Source: an uncultured bacterium (GTDB lineage: Bacteria; Fidelibacterota; UBA2242; JAFGTP01). Taken from it: a stretch of 64,000 bases of DNA. Positions within the stretch are counted from its first letter, which is position 1. Every line of letters begins with the position of its first letter. Of the stretch, positions 19,395-28,716 are shown in pieces. A program made the position numbers and the translations under genes. The stretch is taken from positions 1,886 through 65,885 of the forward strand of contig CAZXFH010000011.1 in NCBI GenBank assembly GCA_964640055.1, written 5' to 3'. Below the pieces are notes generated by a model. It was given only the letters and a program-made list of their open reading frames with translations, made no database searches and was not told the DNA's origin.

Positions 19395-19664
19395 TTAGGG
19401 AGCCATTTGAGGAATTTGTCTGAAAATTTCTTGCGTAAAGTTTAAAATAACATCTAAAAACCAAGGCATTAAAAGAATGGCCACCAGCGCTACAGCCACC
19501 ATTTTGGGAATAAGCGTCAGGGTCATCTCCCGGATAGAAGTCACAGTTTGAAACAGGGAAACAACAATCCCCGTAATCAGTCCGGCACCCAATAAGGGGC
19601 CCAGAATAAAAATAGCCGTTCTCAAGGTTTCCTTGGCGATAAAAATTAAATAATCAACTGTCAT
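19395..19664 (-). CDS. fliQ: Export gate protein FliQ
   Basis: SLFQ..T.I.E.TL..IPK motif; 89 aa. Confidence 0.96.
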   Translation of the reverse strand: MTVDYLIFIAKETLRTAIFILGPLLGAGLITGIVVSLFQTVTSIREMTLTLIPKMVAVALVAILLMPWFLDVILNFTQEIFRQIPQMAP

Positions 19665-19666
19665 GG

Positions 19667-20419
19667 CTAAATAAATCCTTTAACTAATGATTCAACCGTT
19701 AAATGCCACCCATCTACCAATACAAACAATAATATTTTTAGGGGCATTGAAATTAGCATGGGAGGCAGCATAAACATTCCCATGGATAAAAGCACACTGG
19801 CAACCGTGGCATCGATTAATAGCATAGGCAAATATAGCAGGAACCCGATCTGAAATGCCGTTTTGATTTCGCTGATCATAAAAGCGGGAATTACAGTCGC
19901 CAAGGAAAGTTCCTGGGGCGTATTGGGACGGGATTCATCTCTTAAATCCAGAAAAAGTGCCAAGTCACTTTCTCTTGTTTGGTTCAGCATGAACTTTTTA
20001 ACCGGTTTTTGCATCCCCTGAAGAGCCTCACTCTGGGTGATCTCCTCACTTAAATACGGCTGGATCGCTTGGTCATTGACTTCATTAATGACCGGCTTCA
20101 TGATGAAAAAAGTGATAAATAAAGCCAACCCCACTAATATTTGATTGGAGGGAACAGTTTGTGTGGCCAGCGCTGTACGTAAAAAGTGGAATACGATAAT
20201 CAGCCGGGTAAAACTGGTCATCATAATCAATATGGAAGGGGCTAAAGACAGTACCGTGAGTAACAAAACAATCTTCATACTCAGCACAAAATCATCGGGA
20301 TTATCAGCCTCTTCCAGCCCCAAGGTGACTTTCGGGAGTGGCGACTGTGCGTGCAGGAAGAGGGGTAATCCTATTATCAGAATTAACAGCAGTATTTTTA
20401 CTTTTTTGCTATTTAGCAA
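19667..20419 (-). CDS. fliP: Export gate protein FliP
   Basis: MMTSFTR, P.NQ.L.GLALF, PAF.ISE.KTAF.IG, LFVLVDGW motifs. Confidence 0.98.
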   Translation of the reverse strand: MLNSKKVKILLLILIIGLPLFLHAQSPLPKVTLGLEEADNPDDFVLSMKIVLLLTVLSLAPSILIMMTSFTRLIIVFHFLRTALATQTVPSNQILVGLALFITFFIMKPVINEVNDQAIQPYLSEEITQSEALQGMQKPVKKFMLNQTRESDLALFLDLRDESRPNTPQELSLATVIPAFMISEIKTAFQIGFLLYLPMLLIDATVASVLLSMGMFMLPPMLISMPLKILLFVLVDGWHLTVESLVKGFI

Positions 20420-20434
20420 GGAAAACTTGATATT

Positions 20435-21028
20435 TTAACCTTTATTAAATTTTATGCGTTTCAGGACTTTGGAAAACTTATCTGAATCATCCGGGTTGGC
20501 TGGCTGTTCGTGCTGCAGCGCTTCTTTTTCCGCTGCACTAATTTCAAATTCCTTGATCAGGTTAATGGCATGATCAGTTACGCCCAGTAATAATTTCCGA
20601 TCTTCGATGCGTACCATCATCAGATAATGCTTTTGTCCAAAATATCTTTTCCCGATAATGTCCATGTCCAATCCGAAAGTCTTGGCAGAATGAAATTTCT
20701 TTTTAAATAAAATCAGGCCAATGGTAATTACCAGAATAAACAACACACTAATCATAATGGTCCTGGTAATGCTGCTGCTATAATCCTTTTCTAGACCCCC
20801 ATTTTTCCCCTTTTGATCGAAATCCCTATTCAGTGCAGCCTGCGAGCTGTCGGTCACGGCAGAGTCCTTCCCGATCCTTTGAACTGTATCTTGCGTTGCG
20901 GAGTTTTGAACATTATCCCCTGTTTTGGACAGTGTCATCAAAACCCCAATAACAGCAACAAAGGTAAAAAGTATTGCCACGAAATAGGATTTAATGCGTT
21001 GCGACTTATCGTTTTCTTTTACTTGCAT
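20435..21028 (-). CDS. fliO: Flagellar protein FliO/FliZ
   Basis: TM segment plus LLLGVT..INLI C-terminal domain; between fliN/Y and fliP. Confidence 0.88.
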   Translation of the reverse strand: MQVKENDKSQRIKSYFVAILFTFVAVIGVLMTLSKTGDNVQNSATQDTVQRIGKDSAVTDSSQAALNRDFDQKGKNGGLEKDYSSSITRTIMISVLFILVITIGLILFKKKFHSAKTFGLDMDIIGKRYFGQKHYLMMVRIEDRKLLLGVTDHAINLIKEFEISAAEKEALQHEQPANPDDSDKFSKVLKRIKFNKG

Positions 21029-21937
21029 CTATTTTAAACTTTTTATCCGTTCTCTGGGCTCAACCAAATGGGTGATTCTGATCCCAAATTGTTCATCCAC
21101 AACCACCACTTCGCCCTCAGCTAATTTTCTACCGTTTAAATATATATCCAAGGGTTCACCGGCGGTCTTCTCCAGTTCGATAATTGACCCCCTTCCCAGC
21201 TTTAATACATCTTTGATTGGGATAGATTTACGGCCCAGTTCAACTACGGCTTCCAGTTGCACATCCAATAGCATGTCCAGGTTGCGTGACCCACCATTCC
21301 CCTCTTCTGATGAATCAAAAGGTTGGAATTCAGCTGGATTCACATCCACTTTTTCTGCCTCCGTCTTGGAAGCCTGAGCCTTTTCTGTGGCTTCACTATC
21401 TGTGCTTTCATCAAACTCCGCATAAAAATAATGCATGATTTTGTGCTGTTTTTCCCCCATACTCAGCTCATACTGGGCGCCGAGACCATCTGATACAGCG
21501 GCATCATCGGGCATATCAGCGATATCTTCCACCCGGGAAACTTCCAGGGACTCAAATTTAACCCCTTCTGTATCCTCTTCCAGAAAGGACTCCAGCTGTC
21601 CAAACACCTGCTTGATACCTTCCTGAATTCCTTCCAAATGCTCATCAGCAATATTCTCGGCGGGATCGTCACCGACCATACTTGCATAGAAATCCAGAAC
21701 CAGCTCCTGCGGTAGTGACAGCCAATGAGTCCATTTATTCTGACCCTGACACACAAATTGAAAAAAGACACGCGGTAATTTTTCTTTTTCCAAAAGCGTG
21801 CTCACATCGGTATCATCTTGTAGTTGATGCTTCAATTCGATTGTTTGACCGCATAGTTGATTAAGTGCTTCGCTGATCGGTTTTAGAAGAGATTTATAGG
21901 TATTAGCAAATTGGGATTTCATTTTTTCAATACTCAT
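21029..21937 (-). CDS. fliN: C-ring protein FliY/FliN (CheC-like N-domain + SpoA domain)
   Basis: NLDMLLDV.L...VELG and A.GEVVVVD..FGIRIT C-terminus; about 180-aa CheC-like N-terminus. Confidence 0.9.
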   Translation of the reverse strand: MSIEKMKSQFANTYKSLLKPISEALNQLCGQTIELKHQLQDDTDVSTLLEKEKLPRVFFQFVCQGQNKWTHWLSLPQELVLDFYASMVGDDPAENIADEHLEGIQEGIKQVFGQLESFLEEDTEGVKFESLEVSRVEDIADMPDDAAVSDGLGAQYELSMGEKQHKIMHYFYAEFDESTDSEATEKAQASKTEAEKVDVNPAEFQPFDSSEEGNGGSRNLDMLLDVQLEAVVELGRKSIPIKDVLKLGRGSIIELEKTAGEPLDIYLNGRKLAEGEVVVVDEQFGIRITHLVEPRERIKSLK

Positions 21938-22922
21938 TGTTTTCTCCTCCCACTAAATCATTTATCTTAATGGCATAATTTTTACTTTTCTCGCCAATGT
22001 TGGCCTGAAAGATTGTTTTATTTTGGGCTGTGACCGGAATACTATCGTTCAGGTGAGTTCCCAGCGGTAGCACGTCATTGACTTTTAAATCAATAAATTC
22101 TTTTATGGACATCTTGCATTTGCCCAATATTGCCCGGAGATCAACAGTGGTTTCCTCCAGATTTTCTTCCAACAATTTCTTTTGTGCCTGTGTTAAATCC
22201 TGGCTGCCAAACATAATTTTATTTTGAATTTCCGGATTTGATAGAATATTAGAGATCCATACATAAGGATAGCATATATTCATCATGGTGGTATTGTCTC
22301 TGAATTTGACTTCGATCGAAACCACAATTACCGGTTCTGAAGCGGAGGCAATCTGCACAAATTCTGCATTATGTTCAAAGCGATTAAAACGACAATTAAA
22401 CTTTCTGACCACACTCCAATTATTGGATATTTCCGCCGCCATTTTATCGACCACCCGCTTCATGATCTTACGTTCTATAGTGGAGACATAATGACTACTA
22501 GCAGCATAGGTTCCCTGTCCCCCGAACAACCGCTCAATGGTAAGGGCAATAAATTGGGGACTGATTTCAAGAATAAACCGCGAATAGGGATTATCAAATT
22601 CACCCACATAAAGTGCACCCGGCGACGAGATTGACATCACAAACTCTGAATACATGATCTGATCAATACCGATTAAATTCATTTCAACGATCATTTTAAG
22701 CTGCGCGGAAAGGAAAACGGCGATTTTACTTACTAGGGCCTCATGGATATTATTTAGCAGACGCAGCTGCTCCTTGGATATCAGATGCGGCCGTTTAAAA
22801 TCATACAGGGTAACTTTCTTTTTCTTATAAAAAGACTCAGAATCAATTTTATCAGCATCTTTACCTTCACCAACACTGCTCAATAAGGCATCTATTTCTT
22901 CCTGAGACAGTACTTTACTCAT
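21927..22922 (-). CDS. fliM: C-ring switch protein FliM
   Basis: LSQEEIDALL CheY-binding peptide, YDFKRP, CYPY. Confidence 0.97.
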   Translation of the reverse strand: MSKVLSQEEIDALLSSVGEGKDADKIDSESFYKKKKVTLYDFKRPHLISKEQLRLLNNIHEALVSKIAVFLSAQLKMIVEMNLIGIDQIMYSEFVMSISSPGALYVGEFDNPYSRFILEISPQFIALTIERLFGGQGTYAASSHYVSTIERKIMKRVVDKMAAEISNNWSVVRKFNCRFNRFEHNAEFVQIASASEPVIVVSIEVKFRDNTTMMNICYPYVWISNILSNPEIQNKIMFGSQDLTQAQKKLLEENLEETTVDLRAILGKCKMSIKEFIDLKVNDVLPLGTHLNDSIPVTAQNKTIFQANIGEKSKNYAIKINDLVGGENNEY

Positions 22923-22936
22923 TTAACTCTCGCTTT

Positions 22937-23494
22937 TTATTGAACCACTAATTTTAAATAATAAAGACTATCGATTTTTCCGCTGAACAGACGGGCATTA
23001 ATGCGCTTCATCAGTATTTGGGCTGAAGAGTCCTGAAAGCTGGGTTTTAAAAAATCATTGGTGGACTTCTCCCTGAAATACCGAATTAGCATATCCCGTA
23101 TCTGGGGCTCCCGTTTTTCAAGTTCCTCTAATAGATCTTCTGAATCAGCTTCCAAAGCCAAGGCTGCCATCACAAATCTTAGACCATAGGACCCAAAAGG
23201 ATTTACGGTTAATTCTTCAATTTTATATATAGGTCCGATTTCCTGCTCTTTCAACTTTTCTTTCTCAATATCAGACACTTCTTTTTTCTCTTTATATTCC
23301 TGATATTGCGGCCAGAGTACGTGTTTTGATAATAAAATAGCACCTACAGTGGCCGCAATAATAAACAAGATCAGTAAGATCCATTTAATGTTTTCGATCA
23401 ACATCGATGGTTTTGATTTTTTATCAGTAGGCTTAGCTGCTTCTTTTGAAGGCTTTTTGGATTTATCGCTTTTATCAGGTTCCTTTTTTGCCAT
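22937..23494 (-). CDS. fliL: Flagellar basal-body protein FliL
   Basis: Single N-terminal TM, TVN, PQIRD, ends LVVQ; first gene before fliM. Confidence 0.92.
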   Translation of the reverse strand: MAKKEPDKSDKSKKPSKEAAKPTDKKSKPSMLIENIKWILLILFIIAATVGAILLSKHVLWPQYQEYKEKKEVSDIEKEKLKEQEIGPIYKIEELTVNPFGSYGLRFVMAALALEADSEDLLEELEKREPQIRDMLIRYFREKSTNDFLKPSFQDSSAQILMKRINARLFSGKIDSLYYLKLVVQ

Positions 23495-23565
23495 TATTCA
23501 TCTCTAAATATTAGGAACATATTTACTACTCTGAGGCACTTCTCTAAGCATTCCTTTTTTTTAAA

Positions 23566-23581
23566 TTCAAAATTTATGCCA
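23566..23581 (-). promoter_or_regulatory. sigma54-type promoter of the fliL operon (TTGA -12)
   Basis: Minus strand TGGCATAAATTTTGAA = GG-N10-GA. Confidence 0.72.
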
Positions 23582-23800
23582 CCCAGTCAGATATAAATCA
23601 TATCCCCAGGGAATTAATTGCAGTAGGTTATTTTTAACCCGTTTAAAATAAGAATTAAGCATTAATCCTGGACGATAAAATCTCAAAATTACAATTCTTG
23701 CATCTCACATTACATGGTATAATGGTGATCACTAAATTTGCCTTACGGATAATATCCGGCTCCCATAACACGGTTGAGAGGACCCTGAAAGACAAATAGG

Positions 23801-23813
23801 GGAAATTATTTCC
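23801..23813. promoter_or_regulatory. Putative enhancer site for the fliL promoter
   Basis: GGAAATTATTTCC palindrome, identical to the site at 38625. Confidence 0.7.
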
Positions 23814-23906
23814 TGGTCACTTTATCTTTTTCCTAGTCCCGGGGTTATGTAATGGTAGCAAAACCTGAGAGGTTAAAGCTGTATCTCGAATTCTATTGTA
23901 GAATAA

Positions 23907-24608
23907 TTACCAATTAAATAAAAATTCAACGCGCCTGTTTTTCTGGCGATTATGGGGAGAATCATTCGGAACCATGGGATGATACTGAGAATAGCCGGCA
24001 GCGATTAGTTTATCAGGGGATACTCCCGCGGAATCCATTAAAAATTTGACCACGGTCAAGGCACGGGAGACGGAAAGCTCCCAATTTGAAGGGTATTTTG
24101 GTGTATTAATCGGCAGATTATCGGTGTGTCCGCCAACAATTACATCTTCAGTTTCATGATCTTCGATTGTCTCTCCGACCAGTTTTAAGATGGGAAAAGC
24201 GCTTTGTCTCAGTGTGGCCTTTCCCAGATCAAATAAAACACGGCTACCCATACGGATCAGCATGCCACCCTCAGTGAACTTAACCGTGATATCATCCTGG
24301 TATCCTAAAGCCTTGGCTAATTCGCGCAACTCATTTATTTTCTCATTGAGTTGCATACGTGCGATTATGTCACTATCTGATACCCGGGGTCTATTGGTTT
24401 GTGCGACCTTGCTCATGCGCGGCATCACACCCAGGGCCCCCTGAAGGGCACGCATGCTAAGGGAAAATTTCACCTTATCAATATTAGAAAAGGATATAAG
24501 CAAAACAAAAAAACAGAGTAGCAGAGTCATCATGTCGCCGTAGGTCGTCATCCAGGCCGGTGATGACGGTTCACCTAAATCATCTTTCTTTTTTTTCTTT
24601 TTAGACAT
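23907..24608 (-). CDS. motB: Stator protein MotB/PomB
   Basis: W.TTYGDMMTLLLCFFVLL TM; OmpA-like GHTD..P, NWELS..RA, NRRVE. Confidence 0.97.
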   Translation of the reverse strand: MSKKKKKKDDLGEPSSPAWMTTYGDMMTLLLCFFVLLISFSNIDKVKFSLSMRALQGALGVMPRMSKVAQTNRPRVSDSDIIARMQLNEKINELRELAKALGYQDDITVKFTEGGMLIRMGSRVLFDLGKATLRQSAFPILKLVGETIEDHETEDVIVGGHTDNLPINTPKYPSNWELSVSRALTVVKFLMDSAGVSPDKLIAAGYSQYHPMVPNDSPHNRQKNRRVEFLFNW

Positions 24609-24616
24609 GAATTATT

Positions 24617-25396
24617 TTATAACTCGCTTTCCTTTTCATGGTATTGTCTGCGTAATTTCGGGGGTAAAAAGTTAAGTAATTTACGGCTGATACTACGGGG
24701 ATGTTCGCCGGACTGGATCGCAAGGACACCTTCAACAATCATCTCCTTTATTACAATTTCTTCATCCGACCTAATTTTCAGTTTCCCGGAAATCGGTAAA
24801 AAGAGCAAATTGGCAAATAAAGCCCCATAAAAGGTGGTGATCAAGGCGGTAGCCATACCGCCGCCGATGGACTGCGGATCATCCAATCCTTTCAACATAA
24901 TGATCAAACCGATCAGAGTACCGATCATACCAAAAGCAGGCGAGTAATTACCCAGGGACATAAATATTTTTTGCCCCTTCTTATGCCGCTCCATAACATA
25001 ATTTACTTCCGATTCCATTACGTCCCGCAAGGTTTCCGGATCAGTACCATCCACTGCCATTTCCAGACCTTCGCGCATAAAGTCATCATCAATTTTGGAT
25101 AAAGAGCGATCAATCGCCAGGATGCCCTCTTTCCGGGCTTTAATGGATAATTTTTCAAAAGTTTTAATTATCTCTAAAACGGGACTGGCATTATTGGTAA
25201 AGGCCTTTTTAACAACACGCAACACACCAATGACTTCTTTAATGGTGAAATTCACAAATAAGGCGGCGAAGGTTCCCCCAATCACAATCATTAATGAGCC
25301 AATATCCACAAAAGTATTCAATGAACCACGGCCCAATATAGCCATTGAGACCAATCCGACCCCGGACACAATTCCTAATATGGTTGCAATATCCAT
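24617..25396 (-). CDS. motA: Stator protein MotA/PomA
   Basis: MDIAT..G, ARKEGILA, PAFGMIGTLIGL, ALITTFYG motifs. Confidence 0.97.
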   Translation of the reverse strand: MDIATILGIVSGVGLVSMAILGRGSLNTFVDIGSLMIVIGGTFAALFVNFTIKEVIGVLRVVKKAFTNNASPVLEIIKTFEKLSIKARKEGILAIDRSLSKIDDDFMREGLEMAVDGTDPETLRDVMESEVNYVMERHKKGQKIFMSLGNYSPAFGMIGTLIGLIIMLKGLDDPQSIGGGMATALITTFYGALFANLLFLPISGKLKIRSDEEIVIKEMIVEGVLAIQSGEHPRSISRKLLNFLPPKLRRQYHEKESEL

Positions 25397-25468
25397 GTTG
25401 ATGGTAACTTTCTACTTTTTTGAATTCATCCTTTAAATTTTGTAAATGATGATCTTTTCCCCGGGGTA

Positions 25469-25495
25469 AGGGAATTCCCGGTTTGGGAATTCCCT
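25469..25495. repeat. Perfect inverted repeat made of two GGGAATTCCC palindromes between flgE and motA
   Basis: AGGGAATTCCC-GGTTT-GGGAATTCCCT, flanked by CCCCGG...CCGGGG. Confidence 0.75.
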
Positions 25496-25567
25496 CTGTA
25501 CCGGGGGTTAAGAACTGTTTTCATCCATAGGTAATCTACATTATTGAATTAGCACTCCGGTTATTTA

Positions 25568-27481
25568 TCATCGCTTCAATCGGGAGGCCTGGGCTGCGAC
25601 TTCTTCAAAAGTATTGATAACTTTGGCCGCTGCCTGATAAGAATTCTGAGCTTCGATCAATTTGGTAAACTGATCTGCCAAATCCACTGTGGATATTTCC
25701 AGAGACTCTGATTTGATCTCAGAATCCTGAGCACTGGCTTTTCCGATAGAAGCAATACCACTCTCTTCTGTGGGCAGAAAATTACTGCCACCTATTTTTT
25801 TCAATCCACCGGGATTACTAAACTTTGCAACCGCAATCTGGGCAACGGTTGTTTCTTCACCATTCGTGAAAGAAGCGATCACAGATCCTGTAGTATCGAT
25901 TTTGAAGCCATCAATTGTTCCGGATGCGATGCCATCCTGCTCTTTAACATGTATATTAGAAACAGAATTGTATTGGGACAATCCTACAAACCCGTCTCCC
26001 GATTCCGCATGGAGGCGAAAACTAATCTCGTCGGCACCAGTCGTGGGATCTATCTTAATTGAATCCGCACCGCCGTCATAGGAGAAGGAAACTAAATTAC
26101 CATTGGAATTAAAGAGAACCTTCCCCGATCCACCACTAATTAAATTCTCATCTCCGGAACAGGAAGCAGTCCAGGTCCATTCCCCCCGGTTTTCAGACTT
26201 AGTGAAAATCATGGCGACATCATGGCTACGTCCTAAACTATCAAATACTTCAATAGAAGTCGTTACCTTTGCCGTATACCCTTTATCAGTATTAGCAAAA
26301 CTTGAAATTGAGATCACACCGGTATTGCCACTGGTAGCTGACAAACTGATTTGTGTTTCACTATCACCGGAAACATCATCTTGTAGAACAATTTTTCCAT
26401 CTGATATTTCGGCGGTGCTACTGCCTGAATAAGCCGTATTGATCACATTAACCAGATCTCCGAGAGTGGTGCCATCATTACCGGTACCATAGGTAAATAA
26501 CTGATCAATATTGGTGCCATCAGCATCACTACCTTCAATACTCAAACTATCTCCAGCGCCGAAATTTGTAGAGACCTGCAGCAGATCATTAATTTCGGTA
26601 GTAGCAGTAGCGGCTTGGCCGGAAGTAGCAGAATCACCATGGGAAAATCCCAGATCACTTAATACGGAATTAGTACCATCCTTCAGGGTTATACTGGTAT
26701 CACTCAAACCATCGGTAGATCTGAATTTAAGCGTTCCATTGCTATTCACAGCTGTCAGTTTATCATCCAAATTTGAATTGGCTGCAATCTGGGTGTTAAT
26801 TTCAGTTACCAAACTATCCACATCACTGTAAGTACCAGCACTCAGGGTTAGTTCTTCAGAAATATCATCACCCAGCTGATTAGTGATTTCAACAGTAAAC
26901 TGATCGTTTGTGCCGGTCGTAACGGTGAGCGGTGTAGTAATTCCCGAACTCTCTAAAATGGCCTTGGTAGCGAATCCTTCTTCGGTCTCCCATAATTCCG
27001 TTACGGATTCCAACCCGGAATTCAAATTCCCGGAGACCCAGATATTATCGGTGGCCTGGGCGGGCATGACCAGATTGGAATCAATAATAATATCCTGCAT
27101 AGAGTTGGAAAAGGTAGGGTTGGGTTGAGACACATCCCGCATCCATCCCTGGATTTTATACCCATCCACGTTAACCAGTTCACCTTTTTCATTAATTTCA
27201 AAGGCGCCGGCTCGGGTATACATGTTCTTTTCTCCACTATTCAGAACAAAAAAACTATCGCCCTTAATCGCCAAGTCAGTGGCTTTTCCGGTATAAGTAA
27301 TGGATCCCTGTTTGAATTCAAACTGGGAAACACCGGCTACAGTTCCCAGGGTTTCCACGAAAGTCATGCGTTTACCCTTGAATCCGGGTGTGTTCAGGTT
27401 GGCGATGTTCTCACTGAGTAATTCGATGCGCTTTTGATGTTCATTCAGCGCAGCAACTGGTATTTGAAATGAAAGTGACAT
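25568..27481 (-). CDS. flgE: Hook protein FlgE (long form with insertion domains)
   Basis: ENIANLNTPGFK, YTRAGAF, VFDSLG..H, LE.S.VDLA.QF..LI.AQ..YQA. Confidence 0.96.
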   Translation of the reverse strand: MSLSFQIPVAALNEHQKRIELLSENIANLNTPGFKGKRMTFVETLGTVAGVSQFEFKQGSITYTGKATDLAIKGDSFFVLNSGEKNMYTRAGAFEINEKGELVNVDGYKIQGWMRDVSQPNPTFSNSMQDIIIDSNLVMPAQATDNIWVSGNLNSGLESVTELWETEEGFATKAILESSGITTPLTVTTGTNDQFTVEITNQLGDDISEELTLSAGTYSDVDSLVTEINTQIAANSNLDDKLTAVNSNGTLKFRSTDGLSDTSITLKDGTNSVLSDLGFSHGDSATSGQAATATTEINDLLQVSTNFGAGDSLSIEGSDADGTNIDQLFTYGTGNDGTTLGDLVNVINTAYSGSSTAEISDGKIVLQDDVSGDSETQISLSATSGNTGVISISSFANTDKGYTAKVTTSIEVFDSLGRSHDVAMIFTKSENRGEWTWTASCSGDENLISGGSGKVLFNSNGNLVSFSYDGGADSIKIDPTTGADEISFRLHAESGDGFVGLSQYNSVSNIHVKEQDGIASGTIDGFKIDTTGSVIASFTNGEETTVAQIAVAKFSNPGGLKKIGGSNFLPTEESGIASIGKASAQDSEIKSESLEISTVDLADQFTKLIEAQNSYQAAAKVINTFEEVAAQASRLKR

Positions 27482-27486
27482 AAGTA

Positions 27487-27557
27487 CCTCCTTTTACACT
27501 TGTTATCCGCTTCAATCAATCAGCGGAAGGAGGGCTTCCCCGTCAGGGGTCCAGCCC
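27487..27557 (-). promoter_or_regulatory. Candidate cis-regulatory RNA in the flgE leader (two hairpins + anti-SD)
   Basis: GGGCU-GGA-CCCC-UGAC-GGGG-A-AGCCC hairpin; UCCGCU-GAUUGAUUGA-AGCGGA hairpin; CCUCCUU complementary to the SD AAGGAGG. Confidence 0.55.
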
Positions 27558-27571
27558 GTTAATGATTATTT

Positions 27572-27988
27572 TCAAACAAAAGTGACACTATCAATGTTAG
27601 TGAACACATTGCCCTGTACATTATTCTGAGGCATTGCAGTAATAACTGTTCTGTTTTTGATGCTTACAATATAGGCGCTATCATCCATCATGATTAAGGA
27701 ATTAGTCGCGCCTTTTTCGTTTGCCCGTGTTACGCCATCTTCTAGGCGTTGCAGGCGCATGGGATCCATATCCATCTGCCGGTCATTAATGCGTTTGGCA
27801 GCATGGGCCGAAAATTTGAGCGGTGAGTTTTGATTTAACTCACCTTTGAGCACTTCGTCAAATTTGGGAATGCTTTTATCTGATGTTTGCGCTAATTTTC
27901 CGGCACGCTTGCCTCGCTGTGTTTTTTGAACGGCGGGGGTTTTTACAGACCCATAATGTTGTTTGATTTGCAGTTCGTTAATCTTCAT
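27572..27988 (-). CDS. Flagellar operon protein (TIGR02530-like)
   Basis: LKFSAHAAKR..R, KG...SL, NRTVITA, GNVFTNIDS motifs; between flgD and flgE; start at ATG 27988. Confidence 0.9.
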   Translation of the reverse strand: MKINELQIKQHYGSVKTPAVQKTQRGKRAGKLAQTSDKSIPKFDEVLKGELNQNSPLKFSAHAAKRINDRQMDMDPMRLQRLEDGVTRANEKGATNSLIMMDDSAYIVSIKNRTVITAMPQNNVQGNVFTNIDSVTFV

Positions 27989-27998
27989 CCTGTCATCC

Positions 27999-28697
27999 TC
28001 ACTCGGTATCACTATTATTTCCGATTTCTAAAACATTAGAGAATGAAGCTTCCTGACTATTAAGCAGTAAAAACGACCCGTTTTCCGTAAATCGAACACC
28101 ATTTACAATTCCGACCATCATAGGCGTTACACTTACTTTCTGGCTTTCTCCGTTGGCTGCCTTGACTTCGAAAAAGTATGTGTCATTGCTTAAGTTGAGG
28201 TCCTTGTCATTCTTACCAGCCCAATCAATGGTATGCTCTCCCTGAGATAATCCTTTTCGGTTCAGGGTTTCGATTTTTTTGCCATTGTTGTCCTTAATAG
28301 TAATTGTGACATCGTCTGCAAAGCCCCCCAATTTGAAGGATATAGAGCCGCTGCCATCTTGTTTAAAGACAACCTGATCGCCAGCCACCTTTGCCTGCTT
28401 CCCGACCAGAGTGGTGGATAAAGTGTTTGTGATCGCTTGGGTCAGTTTTAAATCCAGTTCATTACTCGCACTGAGGTTAGTACTCATATTTTCCAGCTGC
28501 TCAACCTGACTGAATTGGGCGAGTTGCGCGGAAAATTCCTGACCTTTCATGGGAGAAAGCGGATCCTGGTGCTGTAATTGCACACAAAGCAATTTCAGAA
28601 AATCATCTTTCCCCATGATTCCACCGCCTGCTAGTGAGGATGCACCCGTGAGACCGGCCTGGCTCCCACTATTTTGAATTGCACCCGTTTCGATCAT
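27999..28697 (-). CDS. flgD: Hook-capping protein FlgD
   Basis: GKDDFLKLL..QLQHQDPLSP and AQLAQFS.VEQ motifs; Ig-like domain. Confidence 0.97.
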   Translation of the reverse strand: MIETGAIQNSGSQAGLTGASSLAGGGIMGKDDFLKLLCVQLQHQDPLSPMKGQEFSAQLAQFSQVEQLENMSTNLSASNELDLKLTQAITNTLSTTLVGKQAKVAGDQVVFKQDGSGSISFKLGGFADDVTITIKDNNGKKIETLNRKGLSQGEHTIDWAGKNDKDLNLSNDTYFFEVKAANGESQKVSVTPMMVGIVNGVRFTENGSFLLLNSQEASFSNVLEIGNNSDTE

Positions 28698-28716
28698 ATC
28701 TTCTCCTTTCTTTTTA

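Noticed and set aside
25397-25567. flbD gene between flgE and motA
   Set aside because: No ORF of suitable length and no FlbD motif in the gap.
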